From contig CM022672.1 in assembly GCA_012295275.1 (NCBI GenBank), forward strand, positions 4,588,001-4,652,000: a stretch of 64,000 bases of DNA, given 5' to 3'. Numbering within the stretch: the first letter of the stretch is position 1; every line of letters starts with the position of its first letter. The position numbers were made by a program, and so were the translations under genes. Below the pieces are notes generated by a model, which made no database searches, was not told the origin of the DNA, and saw only the letters and a program-made list of their open reading frames with translations. The DNA comes from Chrysomallon squamiferum. Taxonomy: Eukaryota > Animalia > Mollusca. Below are positions 60,381 through 64,000 of this stretch, in pieces.

Positions 60381-60638
60381 AGAAATGGTTACTTAGTTAT
60401 ATGGTAAAGTATTAAAAGTGGTTTGACTTACAAAATGGTATAAATTAAGAAAGATAACTTAAGTTCATGATGATTGCCATATAGACATGCATTAAAAAAT
60501 GGTGACTCACAACATGATCTTGTGTTATAAAATGGAGATGGTAAAATACAGAGATTTAGAAAATTGTCCTATAGTAAGAAATGGTGACTTCAACACACTG
60601 TAATGTATTCAAAAGATGTGAAAACGGCACATGGTAAT

Positions 60639-61021
60639 TGACTTACTGCATGGTAATGTGATATAAAATGATGACTTACTGCATGGTAATGTGATGTAAA
60701 ATGATGACTTATTGCATGGTAATGTGATGTAAAATGATGACTTACTGCATGGTAATGTGATGTAAAATGATGACTTATTGCATGGTAATGTGATATAAAA
60801 TGATGACTTACTGCATGGTAATGTGATGTAAAATGATGACTTACTGCATGGTAATGTGATATAAAATGATGACTTACTGCACGGTAATATGATATAAAAT
60901 GATGACTTACTGCATGGTAATGTGATATAAAATGATGACTTACTGCATGGTAATGTGATATAAAATGATGACTTACTGCACGGTAATATGATATAAAATG
61001 ATGACTTACTGCATGGTAATG
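60639..61021 (-). repeat. 33-bp minisatellite A (11 full + 1 partial copy) containing the exon end and 5' splice site
   Basis: Minus-strand unit CATTACCATGCA|GTAAGTCATCATTTTATATCA. First and last donors are 363 nt (11 x 33) apart. Confidence 0.95.
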
Positions 61022-61092
61022 TTTTGACAAAAGATCCACCAGCCAGCTCTGAGGCAGAATGTTCATCAGCTTCATGTCCTGAATATCACTAG
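61010..61092 (-). CDS. BTBD16: BTBD16-like exon: (T)SDIQDMKLMNILPQSWLVDLLSKHYHA
   Basis: TTTCACAG acceptor, 83 nt, phase 1/0 to the first GTAAGT donor. Matches recalled LNFFPESWLDQVTVNHYHA. The donor is tandemly repeated, so the 3' boundary may vary in 33-nt steps. Confidence 0.88.
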
Positions 61093-61782
61093 CTGTGAAA
61101 TGAAGTAATATTTACTGTAATGATACCTCTAGACATTACAATATTATCATTTTTTTTCTATCTGAAAAAAGGAAATCTACTTCCACATTATGATTATTTT
61201 AGTACAATTTTAATACAAAGAAAGGAAAGCATGTACAAGGTATACAGTTTGTCAAATAGAGGAAAGGACTTTGATAAACTGGTTGTGAGGAAGAGATGTA
61301 GCCAAAAGGATATGCTACAAACAGTTAATCAAAATACTTTAATTTGTTAAAATGTATATATTTATAAAGAACTCATCCACTATTCTCTGCTCCTGAAATA
61401 ACTATTGTGTCAAAATAACTTACAGACCTCAAATCACTACATGTGGGTTATGGATATAACTCCAATTTGACCAAATTTTTAATTGTTCTCAACCAAAACA
61501 GAACAAATAAATGCTGCAAAACTGATTTTTTTTTTTTTAATTTGATGCTGTTTTAACAATATTAACAAACACAGAAGATGAGTGCCAATCATGTAACTTC
61601 ATCAGTGAGTACTTTATTATTAGGAAAGACTGTTCATACTCTTCCAGGAGGTACAGACTGCTGGGGAACATTCAATAAGAAGCATGCAAAATGTATTTAG
61701 ATTGTTTGATAACAACAGGTAAAGGTATATTTAATAATTTAGCACTGTGCGCAATGGTGCTGTCTGTTTGTTTGTTACTTAC

Positions 61783-61874
61783 TGTCAAGAATACCCTCGA
61801 ATCTGACTGCTGCAAACAGTGGTAGAAATTCCTGCCCTTCATCTGTTTCTACAAAGGCACGTGTCTTTGGAAGA
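61783..61874 (-). CDS. BTBD16: BTBD16-like exon: LPKTRAFVETDEGQEFLPLFAAVRFEGILD
   Basis: Pyrimidine tract plus CAG acceptor, GTAAGT donor, 92 nt, phase 2/1. F.E..G..F.PLF..R pattern of the family. Confidence 0.9.
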
Positions 61875-62315
61875 CTGAAGAGAGAAAACAGGTTTGTCAT
61901 TCACAGTTAATACAATTACAATTCTCAAAATTAAATACTTTCACTTTATAACACAATGTTTGTCTTTTTGTTGTATCAAGTGAATAAGTATTGGACACAT
62001 CATATATCAGATATTAAAGAAAGAGAGTAGACAGAAAGTAAGAGAGGGACAGTTAGTGGAGGAGAGAGACAGCCACAGACAGGAAGAGACAGAATGAGAA
62101 AGAGACAGACAGAAAGACAGAGCTTTGATAATTTATTCAGTTATTTTCCTACTTTACTTTTAACAAAGATTGATCTCGAGAATTAAATTCAGATTACGTA
62201 ATGACAAAAAAAAAATAAAAAAATTATATATGGCTGTCAAAAACTTCGCATTCATATAATATTCAAGCATGACTGAATAACAGTTATTCTAACATAGATG
62301 ATAAAAAAAAGATAC

Positions 62316-62435
62316 CTGTTGAAATATGCCAACAGTGAACTATATGATGGCATGAGCTGAAGATGTGGATTCAGCTGTAGAAAGGTCCATAGAGCCAGCA
62401 TCTTATATAAACTGTATTCATTGTATACAAATAAC
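62316..62435 (-). CDS. BTBD16: BTBD16-like exon: LFVYNEYSLYKMLALWTFLQLNPHLQLMPSYSSLLAYFN(S)
   Basis: AG/GT flanked, 120 nt, phase 2/2. The LF..E..L....WxFLQL pattern is shared by BTBD16 and GMCL1. Confidence 0.9.
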
Positions 62436-62743
62436 CTGAATAACAAATAACATATTATTATCATTCTACTCACACATTTTATTTATATATCAAGGTTTGA
62501 AAAAACCACAAAAAAACATGCTACAATAATAGATGTTAGTCAATATTTGTTCTACACATTTCATTAATTATTGTACAAATACCTAAACAACAGATGCTAC
62601 ATTATTAAATTATTCACATACATATGTTTATGTGTATGTGTAAATATATATGTATATTTATATCTATGTATGTATATGTATGTATGTATGTATTATATCT
62701 GTGTGTTGATGTATTTATGCATGTATATATAAAGATGTATATA

Positions 62744-62796
<53 letters not shown>

Positions 62797-63065
62797 ATAT
62801 GTAAGTATGCATGCATGTTTGTATGTATGTACATAATGAATAACATACTATATAATTAATTTTATTTATAGAGAGAAATACAAAACATTCATTATATATG
62901 AATAATAGAATAACCCACAGTGTATAACTAATGTCTTATTCATACTGTATTTCATTATACGTGTGTATGAGTAATCTGAATAATTAATGTTTCATTAAAA
63001 TAAGACAGATTATATTTACACAAACTTAATGAGACAGACAATGGTCAGTAGTATTAATTAGACAC

Positions 63066-63133
63066 CTGTTGGATTTAATGATTTTCTGCAGAAGATCACA
63101 GGATAATTCTCTAAGTTGAATTTGAGAGGCAAG
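63066..63133 (-). CDS. BTBD16: BTBD16-like exon: LASQIQLRELSCDLLQKIIKSN(R)
   Basis: TTTTCAG acceptor, CAG|GTGTC donor, 68 nt, phase 0/2. BACK-like helix matching recalled [21 protein letters not shown]. Confidence 0.87.
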
Positions 63134-63363
63134 CTGAAAATGTATAAAAATCTGTTACAGAAGCAAACAGCTAAAAAAAAATAAAATCAAATAGCATGAT
63201 TCGTAAAGAGATGGACAGAATGAAAAAGACAGCTGCAGAGATAAAAAGAATGAAAAGACAGACTGATAATTATAAACTGGTCACAGACAGAAGTGAGAAT
63301 GAGAGAGAGACATGACAGAATGAGCAATAACAGTAACTATAACAATAACAATAACAATAACAA

Positions 63364-63406
<43 letters not shown>

Positions 63407-63604
63407 AAATGTGAATAATCAGAAAGTTTAGACAAAACATAATTCCAGATTAAACAAATTTAAAAATATATAAACAGTCAAAATATTTGATATAAAAATC
63501 ATATTCAAGGATGACTGAATAAATGAATATATTATTGAGTTATCTGTTAGAATGAATTCTAGACAAGAAATTTCAATTAGACAAAATATAAATGAATAAA
63601 TAAC

Positions 63605-63667
63605 CTGTGGTATAAGATTCAGTTCCAGCCATCTCTCACAAGCTGCAGTGATGCACTTTCGCTTGCA
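63605..63667 (-). CDS. BTBD16: BTBD16-like protein, internal exon (first visible): CKRKCITAACERWLELNLIPQ
   Basis: AG/GT flanked, 63 nt, phase 0/0, and the only open frame. Resembles the recalled human BTBD16 segment [20 protein letters not shown]. Confidence 0.85.
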
Positions 63668-63916
63668 CTGTAAGACACAAACACAGTTCTTGGTTTTAAA
63701 CATTCAAACTGCAGTGTAATAAAAATACTGAAAAATTCAGTGTTGTGAGAGAAAAATGATATTACCTTTCGTCAGTGGTTCTGAAATAATGAAAAACTCT
63801 CCATATTTTATTGTTTCAGACTAGAAGATAGTCTGGGTAAGTCAGTGTTAAAATGTGTGACAGAGCTAACAGTTATAACAGACTGATATTTCAAAAGAGG
63901 CAATTAAAATGAATGC

Positions 63917-63948
<32 letters not shown>

Positions 63949-64000
63949 TATATTAATCTTCAATATAAAAATATACAAGAGTTTTGTAATAGGGATGGAT

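Noticed and set aside
63766-63780. 15-nt AG/GT-flanked micro-exon candidate on the minus strand
   Set aside because: In the phase needed to join the 63667 exon it reads AAC CAC TGA (stop).

Overview
AT-rich, microsatellite-dense animal genomic DNA; an invertebrate, plausibly a lophotrochozoan or mollusc, though that is inference. Two protein-coding genes can be supported. (1) A complete two-exon Hmx/NK5 homeobox gene on + (10097-10376 joined to 14798-15468, 316 aa). (2) The 3' part of a BTBD16-like (germ cell-less-related) gene on -, with 8 phase-consistent exons from 63667 to a stop at 56124, converging on Hmx; its 5' end lies beyond the window. About 40 kb between them is gene-free, with many short CpG-containing islands that look regulatory, separated by simple repeats and decayed MITE/SINE fragments. 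The most unusual feature is a 2.1-kb BTBD16 intron built largely from about 48 tandem 33-bp copies of its own exon/5'-splice-site junction. The first 12 copies are in frame and could add His-rich 11-aa units. A degenerate 33-bp array also spans the acceptor of the next intron. Other points of interest are possible ancient Hmx-BTBD16 linkage, a CpG-content step near 53.5 kb, Pho/YY1 and CTCF-like motifs, and a triplicated CCAAT+GATA promoter module. Nearly all other ORFs in the track are microsatellite artefacts. All homology calls rest on recalled sequences, not on a database search.
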